Below, in pieces: positions 14,401-29,060 of a stretch of 64,000 nucleotides of DNA. The notes beneath the pieces are model-generated. The model made no database searches, was not told the origin of the DNA, and worked only from the letters and a program-made list of their open reading frames with translations. A program made the position numbers and the translations under genes. The DNA comes from Octopus vulgaris (taxonomy: Eukaryota). Location of the stretch: NCBI GenBank assembly GCA_951406725.2, contig OX597814.1, positions 117,924,001 to 117,988,000 on the forward strand, given 5' to 3'. Within the stretch, counting starts at the first letter, position 1, and every line of letters begins with the position of its first letter.

Positions 14401-14954
14401 CTCTTTCCTGAATATTTCTTTTCGTCTGTCTATTAAATCCGTGTAATCGCATTTCGTGGTGTTTAATTTTATCATTTTACCTTCTTAATAATTACATTTA
14501 TCGACCACGAGATAATTTCTACATATGTTGCTTACATTATTGAACAATATTTTCGTCACTAAGTTTTAGATTTATCACACCTAGTTTCTATTGATTTCAT
14601 TATTTACTTAGCCCTATTCATACATATTTCTTGTATGTAATTTCACATTCCGAAATTGATTTTATTTCAATGGATGTCTTTGAGTGTACTTTTATGAATT
14701 AAAATTGTGTCACTTTTATGGATCAACTGTGTTTTCTAAACGCCTCTGCTTCTTGTCTGTGCTTATGCCCATCAGCTGTGAGTATTAACTTTAGTACTTT
14801 TTGAATTAGTTCGATCTACTCTCTTTCAATAATAGTTCTTTTTTTTTTCTTTTTCTTGTTTTCTCAATGCCATTCTTCCTTTCTCTCCCTCTGTTTTTCA
14901 TTCTCGTTGTTTGTTTTAGCTTATGTGCGCTTGTTTGTATTTATTATTCTTATT

Positions 14955-15083
14955 TCCGCCGAGTTGATTTTGCCTTTCATCTTTTCGGGGTCGATAAATT
15001 AAATATATGTTGCGTAATGTGGTCGATATAATCGACTGGACCATTCGCCTAAGGTTTCAGGCCTTGTGCCTAGATTAGAAAAG
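14955..15083 (+). mobile_element. SINE family A, 3' part
   Basis: tccgccgag...gcctttcatcttttcggggtcgataaattaa...ggccttgtgcctag. Confidence 0.8.
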
Positions 15084-15259
15084 TGTGTTTATTATTCTTT
15101 TACGATTGGAACGACCACACAGTTACAGTAAATTCACATCATAATTGTACATTGAAATTATATTCACCTTAATGAAATATTTATTTTTAATGTTATTTTA
15201 ATGTTTAACTCTTACAATATTATTCGTCTTTGCATTTCCTGTATCATGCATGATTCTAC

Positions 15260-15283
15260 AATATATATATATATGTGTATATA

Positions 15284-15367
<84 letters not shown>

Positions 15368-15379
15368 TTAATCAAATAT

Positions 15380-15445
<66 letters not shown>
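15260..15445. repeat. (TA)n array with duplicated gttaatcaaatatattc
   Basis: Directly visible. Confidence 0.9.
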
Positions 15446-15447
<2 letters not shown>

Positions 15448-15869
15448 GTTAATCAAATATATTCAGGAGAAAAGGAGAATACAACCTACTGAATTTCTAA
15501 TAATTTCACTTGATAGGGAAATGTCTAAAAGGTATTTTGAAGGGTATTTAGACATTTAATAAGAGCGATTATATTTTATAATATAAGGGCAGATCGTAAG
15601 ATTTTTTAAACTTTCAAGCTTTTTAAATATTCTTCTTTTATATATGTATACATGTGATCTAATTTTCCTTCTCTTATTTTATAATGTATATATACATACA
15701 TCATTAACTCTGCTGCCATACTCAAACGTCGATCTTAGACACAGTCATAACTTATTGAAAGCAATTTTATATGGTAATTTGCACACTATATCCCCCCCCC
15801 CCCGATGCCTGAAATTGTGATGGTAAATTTGAGAAAAGCACTATAATGATAAACATTTACGAAATATCT

Positions 15870-17495
15870 AGACCAAAATGTTAATGTACTTCTGATGAGT
15901 GAATTCTTCTTCCTCGTTATCCGATTTTCTTAAAGCGAGAAATTTTAGGAGTGACGCGCAAAGAGCGCAATCATGCGGAATCTCTTCTTGACCTCGCAAA
16001 TATGCTGTACCTGGAGGAGGCAATGTTCTCTCCAACCCAGAATGATAAGATATTTAACATCCGTTTCCCCAACAATGTTGATCTTATCCACTATCTGAAC
16101 ACATCAGCAACAGTCCTCTCAAATGGCAATATGATATATCTGACGTTTTATGATCGAAAGCCAATTAATGACATATTCATACGGACTGTACTCAAACTGT
16201 ATCCAGTCTGAACTCCTACAAAGTTGACTGAAAATTTATTGAAAACGGATTATTCAGCAAAATTGGCTTCATAATACAAGCCATCGACATGAAACTTAAA
16301 GAATTCATGTCAATAATTTGAGCTGTATGCATATATGATATACAAATATACCTTGTCCTGTCTATAAAGGAGAACCCAGAGCAGATGCTAGAAATCAAAG
16401 GGCTAAAATTACATTGCCATCTCTTTATATGTTAGAAACATCATGGAACGCATTGTCAGAAGGAGACTGATCGCGTTCTTGAAAGAAAATAATTTGCTCA
16501 TAAACACACAACATAATTTCTGCCCCGGGAAAGGCTGCCTCACACAGCTACTACAAAATTAGGACTGAGTACTGAAACAGCTGCTCAACTAATCAAATAT
16601 GGATGTAAAGTAACGAACCTTTGCGAAGACCTCTGGCAAATTTGAATACGAGACGATATGTTACAAAACACTGTGATCTTGATATCAGCGAGAAACTGGT
16701 AAAGTGGCAGCACGACTTTTTGAAAGACAGGTATCAGATCGTTGCAACCAATGGCGCACTCTGAGGAGAATTCCAAATCCGTAGCAGAGTTACTCAAGGA
16801 ACTGTACTGGAATCTCCCTTGTTTTGGAGGATTCAGCCTCTTTCACCGGTTATGCTGGTGATTCAAAAGTATCACAGGCGGTCAAGGATTCTGACGACAT
16901 ACAAAAACTACAAAACTACCCGCATACAATATACAAATCGGCTAAGGAAAATAAAATTTCAAGCACTCCACTGTCGGCCCACAAACAAACTATAATCCGA
17001 ATATACAGGAGCAGTGCGTAGTGCAATCTCAGTGTCAGAATGGGTGCGTAACCTGGAAATCCACACGCGTAATAATGATGTATGGGTTTATTACCAAGAT
17101 GGCACCGTTTTGCAAGCGAGTTGATGCATAGTTATTTACCATTCAGAACAAGGAATTAGGAAAACTTGCAATTCGTTTGGAGTACTTTGGTTGTCATTTG
17201 CCTGGATTACTGCTCCCAAAATGTGGTAATTTCAGAGCGTAAAACTGGTGGCGTGAATTGGGTTTTAGGGGACCACAATTGTATAGCATCACACCAAAAA
17301 ATCTTAAATTCCTGCACGATGTAGCGTTTGAAATGATATTTAAAAAGCAGGTGGACAAATGTCTATCTGAAATCGAAGAGGAAGACACATCGCAGAAGGG
17401 TCAAAGATGTGCGGCTCCGTCAAAGTCGCTTCTTCACCCAAAACACGACCAAAAGTTGGCTCAAGCTCACTGAAAGCTGGTGGAAACCAGTGAAA
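15870..17495 (+). mobile_element. Heavily decayed CR1/L2-like LINE (RT region)
   Basis: 16440-16610 reads IMERIVRRRLIAFLKENNLLINTQHNFCPGKGCLTQLL (the QHGF..GRSCLTQL motif of CR1-type RT); C-terminal GPQLY...[12 protein letters not shown] at 17270-17380; many stops and frameshifts. Confidence 0.75.
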
Positions 17496-17496
17496 G

Positions 17497-17533
<37 letters not shown>

Positions 17534-17534
17534 T

Positions 17535-17816
<282 letters not shown>

Positions 17817-18425
17817 AATACGGACATAAGTACACGCATGCATACATGCAGACTTGCCTCCATACATACATACATACATATATAGACATTTTCGTGTCTG
17901 CGTTTCAGAAATGTATTTACTCATGTTTGCATTCTAATAGGAGAAAAATTCGATATTCGTAATCTCTGCCTCGTCGGACACACAGAGGAAATCATCTACA
18001 CATGAGCGCATATTTAAAAGAGTGTATGTTTCTTTGTTTCGATCTATGCAGAGTTTTCGTGTTTGTGGGAATCTGTTTATAAAATCTCCAATGTATACGG
18101 CGAAACTATTAGAATTATACATTTTTTTTTTTCTTTTTAAATAATTTAGTTTAGAGAAATTATCTACGTTTTCAGATTTTGCAGACCTTCCGATCTCTGT
18201 GAGGTCGACAAGGTTATTATTTCTCGAGAATAGTTCTAAGCTGATGAAATTAGTTGGTAATCAAATTAGAAACATATTCAGTTACGTTTAATGAAATCAA
18301 ATGTATTCAAATTAATTACATAGTAATAAAATATGAAATATCGGGGCATGAACCCTGGAAAATGTTGGCTGTAATCACAAAATAAGGATGTTTCCACATC
18401 TTAGGCAACACTGTACCTATGTATG

Positions 18426-18459
<34 letters not shown>

Positions 18460-20030
18460 TGTATGTATGTATGTATATATATATCTTTATATATATATAT
18501 ATATATATATCTTTATATATATATATATATATGTCAATCAATCTAGCTATCCATGTATCTATGCATATATGTATCTATCTATGTATGTCTCTATATATCT
18601 ATCTGCCAAACTAGCAGTCAATTTTTTTTTATGTGTCTCTGCCACTTCTTACGTTTGTATGTAGGTACACATGCATTTACGCGTACAACTTTTTATCGAT
18701 CTCTTATCAGTTTGAATCCATAGCTCCTACAAGCAAGAAACTAAGTCCCACAAACGTACGAATGTGGAGTATATTCGATAACCCCCACACACACACTCGC
18801 GTATGTATATGTAGATATACACATACGTATATGCATGTATGGTTGTATGTTTAAGACTGCGTGTAAGAAACATATGTTTCTCACACACATACATATATAC
18901 ATTTATGAATATACATACATATACTTAGTTAATCTAACATATTATTTAGGAGATGTTTCTCTTTGTGTGGGTGTTTTATGTTTGTGTGCGGGTATGTGTG
19001 CGTGCGTATGCGAGGTTGCGTGGGGGCACATATGTAATGAGAAAGAGAGAAAGAGAGCAAGAAAGAGTATAGAATAAAACTAAATTACTCTGACTCATTA
19101 ATATTTCAAACATTGTCTTACTGGAACGAACGGTCTCTGAGTAAATATAAAACGCATTTCGCATCGAATATATATTTGATGCATTCAAATAAATCATAGA
19201 AAAATTATATTATCCCTTCAAGAAGTTGAGATATCACTTCTAGTTTGTTTAAAATGAAAGCAATTCTAACATGGGAGATAGCGCCAATAATTCAGATCAT
19301 TACTATCACCGGTCAACATAAGCAACGCTGATAGGAGAGGATCTGCCCTTTAATGCAGATTGGAGGACACGAAGACATATTTACTTGTGCATAAGAAAAG
19401 ATTATTATAATATTTACTTTTTTTTATATATTTATTTATTTATTTATTATAAATGTGAAATCTTCAGAGACATGATCCAACAACTAATTATACTTACTGA
19501 TAGAAATATTGATAAATTTCTAACTAGTATTAGATATTGATTCCTCTGTCAGATATGATGCATCATAATGAAGATAAGAATAATATGGTGAATTATCAGC
19601 CGCTTTTCTTACAAACAGTCACGTTTATAAAAGGGTCTTATTTCTCTGGTGAGTCAGACAGAAAATTAGAGTTTCACATTTACTGCATTATTTTTGAAAT
19701 TGAAAATGTCGAAAACAGCTTGCCGTTTAAATAGCTAGAGATTAAAATATGTCAAATGTGGCAAGCAATATACATGAGCGTTGAATATGTCAGACATTTA
19801 TGCATAATTCATCTCTTGAAATTTCAAAATAGAAATATCAAACTAAACATCAACTGTTAAGTTACTGTACCAGGAAAAAAAGAACAAAAACATAGAAAAA
19901 AAAGAATTTACGAGCAACATCTCACCTTAAAGACCATTGTCTGTTCGATGTATAGCTGCATAACGATTAATCAAAAACATTCATAAATACTTACATACAT
20001 ATATAAATACATACATAAGTACACACATGC

Positions 20031-20124
<94 letters not shown>

Positions 20125-20170
20125 CATACATACATACATACATACATACATACATACATACATACATACA

Positions 20171-20206
<36 letters not shown>

Positions 20207-20237
20207 TATGTATATATATGTATTCAAAATGTGACCG

Positions 20238-20425
20238 CGTGTGTACCGTTGGCGATTTTGTTTTCCTCTATCTTCCCTTCTCTGGATCATTCCTTCGACG
20301 AAGAGCTCCGCTTGAAACGTTAAACACTCCGTCTTACCTTCTTTCCTGACCGTCCAATAATACTATATTTGTTCCACGTCCTCGCGTTGTTGTGTTTTTT
20401 GTGCTTTATTGTTTGGATTAACTTT
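20238..20425 (+). mobile_element. Penelope-like terminal-repeat remnant with degenerate hammerhead motif
   Basis: tcgacga-a-gagc-tcc-gctt-gaaacgtt at 20295-20321; downstream sequence shared with 22540-22665 and 34385-34550. Confidence 0.5.
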
Positions 20426-20445
20426 AACTACACACACACACATAC

Positions 20446-20478
<33 letters not shown>

Positions 20479-21625
20479 TATATATATATATCTTTTTATA
20501 TTACAAAGACGCGCCCAGGGTTCCCGAGGATGCGAATAAGAGTATAAGACTGAAGGAATGGAGTAGCAAAGTTCTGGCCTACATATGTCTCATAACGAGC
20601 GGAACCTAGAAAGTGGTAAATATTCAAGCAAGATGTATACAGCATGCTACTCTTTAAGCCAATGGTGTTTCAATGAATGAGAATTTACATTGCTGCAAGG
20701 AGTTACATTTTAACTCGATTCCTCCAAGTGTTAACAAGTATCTCCCTCCGACAATGTAAACATTCATTCCATGAAGATACACATATTTATATATATATAT
20801 ATATGATAGAAGTGGCTTTTCTGATAATTTGTCCACTGTAATAATTAGATGATTTAAGATATTAGCTGTCCCTTGAAGGTGACTTCCAAAGTAGTTTCTC
20901 GCTTTCAAACTGATATTTTAGAACCTTTATTCAATGGTTAATTACAAATATACACTATAACGATCACCAACACATATAAATTAGATATAAATATATATTT
21001 TTATATACATTTATGTACATACATATATATATATATATGTATATCTATATTTATCTCTTTTCTTTAATTTACCTATCTAACTATCAGTATATATGCATGT
21101 GTGTGTGCGTGTATCTGCATATATGTGCGCGTGTTCATCCTTCGATTATATATATGTAAATATATTCCTGAATTTTCAGAATCTATTAGTAATTATCTTA
21201 CAAAATCTACATAACAGTTTAATTATAAAATATGTAGCGTAACAAAATTTGAATATAAAACATCTTTCTGATAATTATTAATTCATGATATAATGGTTAT
21301 TTACATGATAATATTAAGTTAACTAAAAATTAAAATCTAGATCTTAGTTTCCGAAAAGTCATATTTTGCACAAGAGAAAGTTTTTGATATAGAATGTCGC
21401 TCCTGGAATATTACAGGCAAAATATGACATTTATCGAAATGTTTGTGTTGTAATTTCCTGAGAACAAACAAGATAGGAACACTAAGAGATGCAATTAATG
21501 TGGAAAATGTTTGGCAATGCATTTAGTAGTAAGTTAACAATGTGTGAATGACGCGAGGGAAGGATGCCTTAAATGTGACAGGATGAATGAACAAGGAAGC
21601 TATCTACATCTGACGTTGCACTCTA

Positions 21626-21828
21626 TGCACAAGGCCCGAAGTTGTTTTTTTTTTCTTTGGTGGGAGCATTCGATTAGATCGACCCCAGTACGCAACTGGT
21701 ACTTATCAACCCTGAAAAAATGAAAGGCAAAGTCGACCTCGGTGGAATTTGAACTCAGAACGTGAAGACAGACGAAGCACTGCTAAGCGTTTCGCCCGGG
21801 GTGCTAATGTTTCTAGTAGCCCGCCGTC
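21626..21828 (-). mobile_element. SINE family A
   Basis: cgaccccagtacgcaactggtact...tgaaaggcaaagtcgacctcggtggaatttgaactcagaacg. Confidence 0.85.
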
Positions 21829-22534
21829 ATATGTTCTAGATCAATAGGGAATGTCTGATCGAAAAGCATTGCAAATCGAAAAGCATTGCAAAATCCTGTT
21901 GACTTTGTAAAGTTCAAAATGACATTATTATAATTTATAGCTACTGACATCATTCAGGGTGGTGATTGAGCTCAGGATACTGATTATCTTCAGCAATCAA
22001 GTAGACAAGTCATCAAAGTTGAGGATTTTTCTGCCTAAAACCCAAGTCCGCGTTTAATATACGGCTGGAATAAATTATGCAATACCGTTCGTTAAAAGTC
22101 CTGAATGTAAAGTTATTTTATTGCCATCGAAAAGACAAATGTTAAATTACAACACACTTGTGGCTATTGTATGTGGTAGAAATTCTGGAAGGAAACAGAT
22201 GCGATTATATAATATTGGAATGATCTAATGAGAGATCTAAGGAGATTGTTTAGTAAAGAATGGCTTTCTAATATACACAAGAATTTATGGCATTTAAAGG
22301 ACATAGGAATTTTGAATGGCGCAGAGAGCTCTAAACAGGTGATTCTTTGTCGTTCTAATCAATGTTTTGGGGTGATGGAGAAGACCTAGTAAAATAGTGA
22401 GTGAATCTGCCTATGTAGATAATTAGATTCAGAAAATTGTTCGTGCATATATCTCCAATAGAATTCATGCAGAGTAAACGCCTTTAAAGATAGTTGATTT
22501 CACTCACAATCTCTACAAAGTATGGTGGTATTTT

Positions 22535-22665
22535 ATTTTCCTCCTTCGTCGTGGAATTTCCTGTTTCTTCCTGTTTCCAGAGAAGAGTTATGCTCGAAGT
22601 GTAAAACTTCTACTCTTTTCTTTCTCTGAGTGTCTTATTAATACCTTGTTTGTGCCACGTCCAAA
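22535..22665 (+). mobile_element. Degenerate copy of the Penelope-like terminal repeat
   Basis: gaagagttatgctcgaagtgtaaaa plus shared downstream tgagtgtc..ttaatac..tttgtgccacgtcc. Confidence 0.4.
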
Positions 22666-24687
22666 TGTTTGCGCGCGCACACACAAACACACACACACAC
22701 ATACACATATATATATGCATTATTTACGCAAACATATCTATACATATTTACACATATATGCATTCTTTTATCCTTTTATTCTTGTATATCTTTCAGTCAT
22801 CTGACTGCTGAAGCACCGTCTTAAAACCAGTGTTGTTCGTGTTGTGCCGACCTTCGCGTCAGTACAATCATTATATCATCAGGCGTACGGCTAAAATTTC
22901 TCATTTTCATTTTTGATAAAAGCAAAATATAAAACTATATCCTCAATATGTAATGAGCGCTTCGTTCTAATTGTTTGTCCTGTAATGGCATAAACACGGA
23001 CAGAGATAGACAATCGGACACGCATACGTACATATACACATGCACACAAAAATATGTATGCCAAACTTATAGAAATATTATATTCTTTAACAAATTCTTA
23101 CGTAACATCCATTACGACACACTTAAACAATATCCATTAACAAAGTATTATCCACTGTCCATTAGGCAAGTTTTATATGAATTATTAATACAATTATTTT
23201 TTATTGATTCAGTCTGCAGGAAAGACGTGTATCGCTGGCCATCGTAGCCACTCTGATACTGATGAGATCAATGCGTATAATGTTCCTCTTGAATTGTTGC
23301 AACTTTATTAAATTAATTGATAAAGTAATTAGAAACATATTCAGCTACTTGTTACAAAATTGAATTAATTCGAATGATTTAGCTTAGCAATTAAATGTGA
23401 ACTATATGTGTTGAATAATATATGTGTGAATACTTACTCATAGATACATACACACACACATATAAATATATAGGCATATATATTACTTTAAAGTGAGTTT
23501 ACAACTAACATCCGACTATTTACTGGTGTAGGCGGTTATACTGTATTCACGGTTAAGCTCATGTTGCCTACGAATTTACTTTTCATCAGATGTTTTTAAT
23601 AATCTATGTACAATTTTTTTTTCTTTTCAGTGATTACTTTAGCTGATACTGGCACTTCTGTATAACTAAACCTTTAACATTTTCTGTAAAATTCTACGAC
23701 CGATTATTAAAGTAAGATGAGGTTTTGTTATTTATTTTTTTTCCTGTTGTCATTGTCCTTTAGGGCGATATAAAACGTTCCTTCGGAAGCGAATGTAATG
23801 TAAAATATTATATAATTTTTATATATCCTCTACAAATTGCGTTTTTACATCTGCGTGACTTTATTTTCAATAAGGAATTTAGAAATATATTTATGAAATA
23901 TTTTGTAGGTTCTGCAAAGTTGTATATTAAGCAACAGAAACAGATTTATGAATATTGCCATCGAGCTAGAAGGTTTAAGAAAATTTTCAGGTATACATCC
24001 TTGAGATGTCAGTGAAAAGTTATTGCAACAAGATATGTTGATATCGCACTGGAGAGAGGAAAGGCAAAAAAGAACAATATACTGCAGAGAAATTAAGACA
24101 AAATACCTAGAATTTTTATCGCTTTTTGATGCCAGTAGCCGTTCATAGATCCCCCACTCACATCTCACCGCGAATTTATTCATTCATACATATCATTTGT
24201 AAGAGTCATCGTATTGTTTTACATAAATATCACTTTAAAATGCGATCCCTATCGATGTTTTGGAACGAATGCCTTGCACTATGGTTTGAGATGACGCGGT
24301 GTGGAAAATTCTATGTGACCACCAGACGCATCACAGTAGCGATAGAAAGATGATTATTCAAGGAGAATCTTCGCTATGCTAACAGGATATACCAAAAATA
24401 CTAGCTACGTTTTACCTTGAATTGCATTCGAACATATCTATTAAATAAAATCGTTCTGTTTGTGTGTGTGTGTATAGTCTAGGATCTCGAGCATCCTGCA
24501 TCCGATCGCGCTAAAATTTGATATGAACATACCGATGGTATCAGGGCGTGTATAAATCTTGTAGAAAATTACAAAAATCGATTCCAGGTGAGAATGCGAT
24601 CGATAAAGCTGTAGGAACGTGCATTTGTACACGCAAGTACATCAGTCGAAATCCGTCTTTTGCTGGTGTCTCAAACTTAGGTTAAAT

Positions 24688-24831
24688 CAGTGTTTCTCAA
24701 AAGGGCGGCCTACGGGGGCGGTCATACAAGTTGTTTTGAGAAAATTTGGCTCAAATGTTTGTCAAGTCAGCACCGTCCATTGGACGGAGGGCGTTTTAAT
24801 CGTTTTTAATATGACGCATTGAGAACGCTTG
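24688..24831. mobile_element. Possible hAT-type MITE
   Basis: Imperfect TIRs cagtgtttctcaa / ttgagaacgcttg; no clean 8-bp TSD. Confidence 0.35.
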
Positions 24832-25163
24832 TTTTGTATATACATTATTTCAATTAAAATTCTTTTTCCTTTACTTAAGTGGTTGAATCGTTCTCACCGA
24901 GGTTACTTCAATGAAATTAGGAAGATATCTACAAAGAAAAGATTAAAAATGCGAGAAGGCTTGCAAAATAGTTAGCTTCCAAAAAATACACGGACATAAT
25001 TAGAATTAGTGTTAAACTGGATGCCAGATTTAAGTCTAGTAACCGTATACCATCTTTGGGAATTCGATTCAAAAGGCAAAGACACAGATTGTATACTCTA
25101 CGGCATTCATAATACGCACGCGTGTACACAAACACATAATAACGCTACTGCAGATGCTGCAGT

Positions 25164-25190
25164 TGATAATGATGATGATGATGATGAGGG

Positions 25191-25244
<54 letters not shown>

Positions 25245-25284
25245 CGATGACAACGACGATGATGATGATGATGACGACGATGAT
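25164..25284. repeat. (GAT)n microsatellite
   Basis: Directly visible; source of the poly-D/M/S ORFs. Confidence 0.95.
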
Positions 25285-25961
25285 ACACTGGATAGTGAAA
25301 TATCACTCTTATGGGTATTCATTCAGTTTTCTATTCATCCTAGTTTGTGTTTTGTTAAGATGAAATCAATGTCGATATGCATTAATTATGTTGATAGATC
25401 ATTAATAAATGTTAAAATCGATGAATAGGTAGGCTCGGGTGCATAAGAGTGAGGGTGTTAGCTAATATTCTATATTGATCGAAACGATAAACGATGCTTC
25501 TATTCTTTGTTAAATATTTGGTGTCCATCTCGCATTTTGCACTCTTCAATGAATAATATAGGAAATCATATTACTTAAGAAGTATTGTTAAAAAAAGACA
25601 ACAGTGCAAGGAGTAATGATTTGTTGTTTAATTAATCACTCGCACAAAATTTATCAAGGAACAGAGCCAATTAATGAACGAATTTAATGAATATGCATAC
25701 AAAATATGCCAAAGACAATATGAAAAATAATGTGAAAGATGTAATAAATTATCAAATTAAATAAGTATTTATTTAAAAGGAAAAGAATGTGCTGTTGCAA
25801 AACTATAGTTTATCTTCGATTTCAAATCCTGATGAGGTTAATATTGCCATTCACCCGTCCTCCACCACTAAAATAAAATAAGGTACCAGTCATGGATTCG
25901 ACATTTTTGAGTAAGTCTATCCCTGGAAGATTGCGTACCTTCTCCTTAAGTCAGAAAAAAA

Positions 25962-26235
25962 TCTTCTTCTTCTTCTTCTTTTTCTTTTTTCTTCTTCTTC
26001 TTCTTCTTCTTCTTCTTCTTCTTCTTCTTCGTCTTCTTCTTCTTCGTCTTCTTCTTCTTTTTCTCCTCCTCCTCCTTCTTCTTCTTCTTCTCCTCCTTCT
26101 TCTTCTTCTTCTTCGTCTTCTTCTTCTTCTTCTTCTTCTTCTTCTTCTTCTTCTTCTTCTTCTTCTTCTTCGTCTTCTTCTTCTTCTTCTTCTTCTTCTT
26201 CTTCTTCGTCTTCTTCTTCTTCTTCTTCTTCTTCT
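25962..26235. repeat. (CTT)n microsatellite
   Basis: Directly visible; source of the poly-E/L ORFs. Confidence 0.95.
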
Positions 26236-26265
26236 TTTTTTTCTTTCCAGACTTCTTTCACATTG

Positions 26266-26380
26266 AACAAAATGCTTAGCGAGTTTTCTTCTAGGTATTT
26301 ACTTTCCAATTTAAAATTCCGCCGAAGTCGATTTAGTTATTCTTCCTTTTTGGGCCGATAAAATAAGTGCCTGTTAACTA
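26266..26380 (+). mobile_element. SINE family A, degenerate
   Basis: aaatgcttagc...aaattccgccgaagtcga...gggccgataaaataagt. Confidence 0.6.
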
Positions 26381-27139
26381 TTGCTCATTGCTCACTGTAC
26401 ATAAGGTGTCATTAATCCCAGGCACAATATATATAGCTATTTAATTGCCGATAGCTTTCAAATATGTCTCTCGAATGCTTCCTACATCGCCACTTTTAAC
26501 CTCTACTTTTCTACATTTCACAACGATGCCTGTGGTCGGGTAGTTAAAAAGCGACAAAAAGGAGCTGAAACTAAATTTAAGACTGGATAATATAAAGCAA
26601 CACCGACGTTCGTGGAGACATGCATAATATACAGAGCAAATGTAAAGACATCTTTTCGAATTCATTATCTGAATAATCTTGAAAGCGATAAAAATTTAAA
26701 TCAGAATTAACATTAAGTATCACGTTAAGGTGAAAATAATTTCAAAGTAAAATTATACAAAGTGACTTTACTGTAAATGTGGTCCATCTAATCGTAGACG
26801 AATAATGAATGTAAACAAATGCATAGAAACTATACGAAAGCACGAGAAAGAAGAAGAGAGAGGAAGAAGGAATGCGATCGAGAAAACGAGGGAAAAAAAT
26901 TCATTTGAATGGGAATAATTTCGACCTAATTCAAAAAATACTAAAGACAATACTGAAATCTGTTCGACAAAAGCAGAGACGAGAAACGGAGGCGATTAGA
27001 AAACATAGAGTTGATCCACAAAATGGACATAAAGGTTAATTCATGAAAGAACAAAATAAGAACACTAAACCACAAAAGAAATCAATTGAAATAAATTCAG
27101 TTTCGAAATATGAAATTGCATTCAAGAAATACAAATAAT

Positions 27140-28318
27140 AGCTTACTCTCAAAATTGGCAAGTTTTGGAATCCGTGGAAAAATTCTACACTGATTCAGTA
27201 TTTCCTGGCCAATAGAACACAGCATGTTATGGCCGATGGAGTCCACTGAAGCCCAGCAAAACTCACAAGTGGTGTCCATTATGGGACTGTTTGGGGCCCG
27301 TTCTTCTTCATAATCTATATAAACGACCTTTCCATCATCGTAAATCACTGCAAAGTGAAAATATTTGCTGATGACACTAAACTTCAGCAAATCGTCAATG
27401 AAGAAGAAAACCGCACTCAACTCCACTTTGATCTATATGCGTTGAGTCAATGGGAAGACAGAAACAAAATGCAACAAACGAGGGAAAATTTGAGCTGATG
27501 CATTTGGGAAGAAAGACTATACTAAATCAGCCATACTCTCTTCCTTCAGGGGAACCGCTCACAGCATCTAATAATATCACTGACCTAAGAGTAATTGTTG
27601 ATAACAATCTCAGTTGGAGTGCCCCATCAACAATATGGTAGTTATAGCTCGTAGGATGAGCTCCGGGATCTTAAGAACCTTCCAGTCCAGAGAACAAGGT
27701 GTCACCATTTCACTTTACTTCTCCTTCGTAGGCGACATCTCGAAGACTGCTGCTCCCTGTGGTCTCCGCATACAAAACAAAACATCTCGAAAATTGAATC
27801 ACCCCAGAGGGCACTCACTAAACGAATTAAGGGTATCATTGATCTCTATTCTTGAAACTCTATTCTCTCCAGGGCAGCTGCAAGCGGTACATCATTTGAA
27901 TGATGTGGAGAATATACCGCCAGCATTGCCCAAACGACCTCAACATTAGCTTCAAGATTCATCCAAGGCTGGGACCACGGTCCATACATCCCCTACCCAA
28001 TTCAGGATCACAATGTATAGGTAGACAGCGACACAATATATTTTCCTCAACAGGCCCCTACCCTGTTTAACATTGTCCCAAAACTGATCAAAGAAGAAAA
28101 GGATCCCATCACTTTTACACGGAGTCTGGACACATTTCTACACGGAATACCATATAAGCCACCCATACCTGGATACAACTCTCTCAAAAAAAACTCACTA
28201 TTTGAATGGACCATAATACCACAAAACTTTAGATAACCCTATCAGGTGGTGCTATTAAGTTAGACATGGCCTGGCCACTCTTTGGTCGAAATATATCTAA
28301 GTTTTATCAAAGTTTTTA
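27140..28318 (+). mobile_element. 5'-truncated CR1/L2-like LINE, RT domain through 3' UTR, decayed
   Basis: SKLASFGIRGKIL...TSGVHYGTVWGPFFFIIYINDL...KIFADDTKL (FADD at 27364-27375)...KFELMHLG...DLRVIVDNNLSW; stops and frameshifts. Confidence 0.9.
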
Positions 28319-28555
28319 TATGAATAGGGCTAAGTAAATAATGAAAGAAAATCAATAGAAACTAGGTGTGATAATTTTAAATCTTAGTGACAAAAATATT
28401 GTCTAATAATAAAAGCAACATGTGAAGAAATTATCTCATAGTCGATATACTTATCTATTAAGGAGCTGATAAAATTAAGCACCCGTAAATGCGAGCATAT
28501 TGATTTAACACGACAATCGGAAAGTTGTATTCAGGAATAAAAACAAATAATAAAT

Positions 28556-28806
28556 AAATACGCCCTTTTAAAGCCTAGCCAGGATCATGGGTCCGGTTTC
28601 CCGGTTTCAATGGTATATGCGTTCCCCAGCTGGACGGGACGCCAGTCTGTCGCAGAGTTACTGATTTTGCCAGCTGAGTGGACTGGGGCAATATGAAATG
28701 ACGTGATTTGCTCAAGAACACAACGCGTCGTCTGGTCCAGGAATCGAAACTACAATCTTACGATCATGATGCTGACACCCTAACCACTAAGCCACACGAC
28801 TCCACA
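28556..28806 (-). mobile_element. tRNA-derived SINE family D with CORE-like central motif
   Basis: Minus strand: A box TGGCTTAGTGG, B box GTTTCGATTCC, then gttgtgttcttgagcaaatcac...gactggcgtcccgtccag; TTA-rich tail. Confidence 0.8.
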
Positions 28807-28889
28807 TATTCAGGAATACAAAAGTACAAAGTACTACCGAATAAATTACGATATCTTAAAACAAGGCAACTGATTGCGTTAATCTTTCG

Positions 28890-29060
28890 GTAGGAAAGGC
28901 ATCGAAATTAGTAACCACGAACAATTCCCATAGCTCTTTAAAAGTCCAAATCTTCGGTTCAAGACAGAGTGTTCCTGAATCAGGAAGAAGAATATTTCAG
29001 TCAAGCACAACACACATTTTACAGAACAGGGGCATGATCCATTCCTGAATGTCCTTGATG
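28890..29060 (+). mobile_element. Second copy of the ancient retrotransposon remnant at 14.1-14.3 kb
   Basis: Reverse complement shares aaggacattc..ggatcatgcccct.ttctgtaaaa...cttgaaccgaa...taaagag.tatgggaa with 14140-14300. Confidence 0.5.

Noticed and set aside
18240-18285. CTGATGA...GAAAC resembling a hammerhead (related sequence at 23325-23345)
   Set aside because: Stem I does not pair and stem II is weak; at most a decayed repeat.
23845-24353. ORFs of 75-112 aa in a non-microsatellite block
   Set aside because: No recognisable motif; possibly a decayed transposon, but I cannot support that.
25009-26309. Poly-Asp and poly-Glu/Leu ORFs
   Set aside because: Produced by (GAT)n and (CTT)n arrays; the flanking residues resemble nothing I recognise.
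28740-28806. tRNA-like A/B boxes here and at 45010, 47453 and 30184
   Set aside because: They run into SINE bodies and lack a full cloverleaf; these are SINE heads, not tRNA genes.
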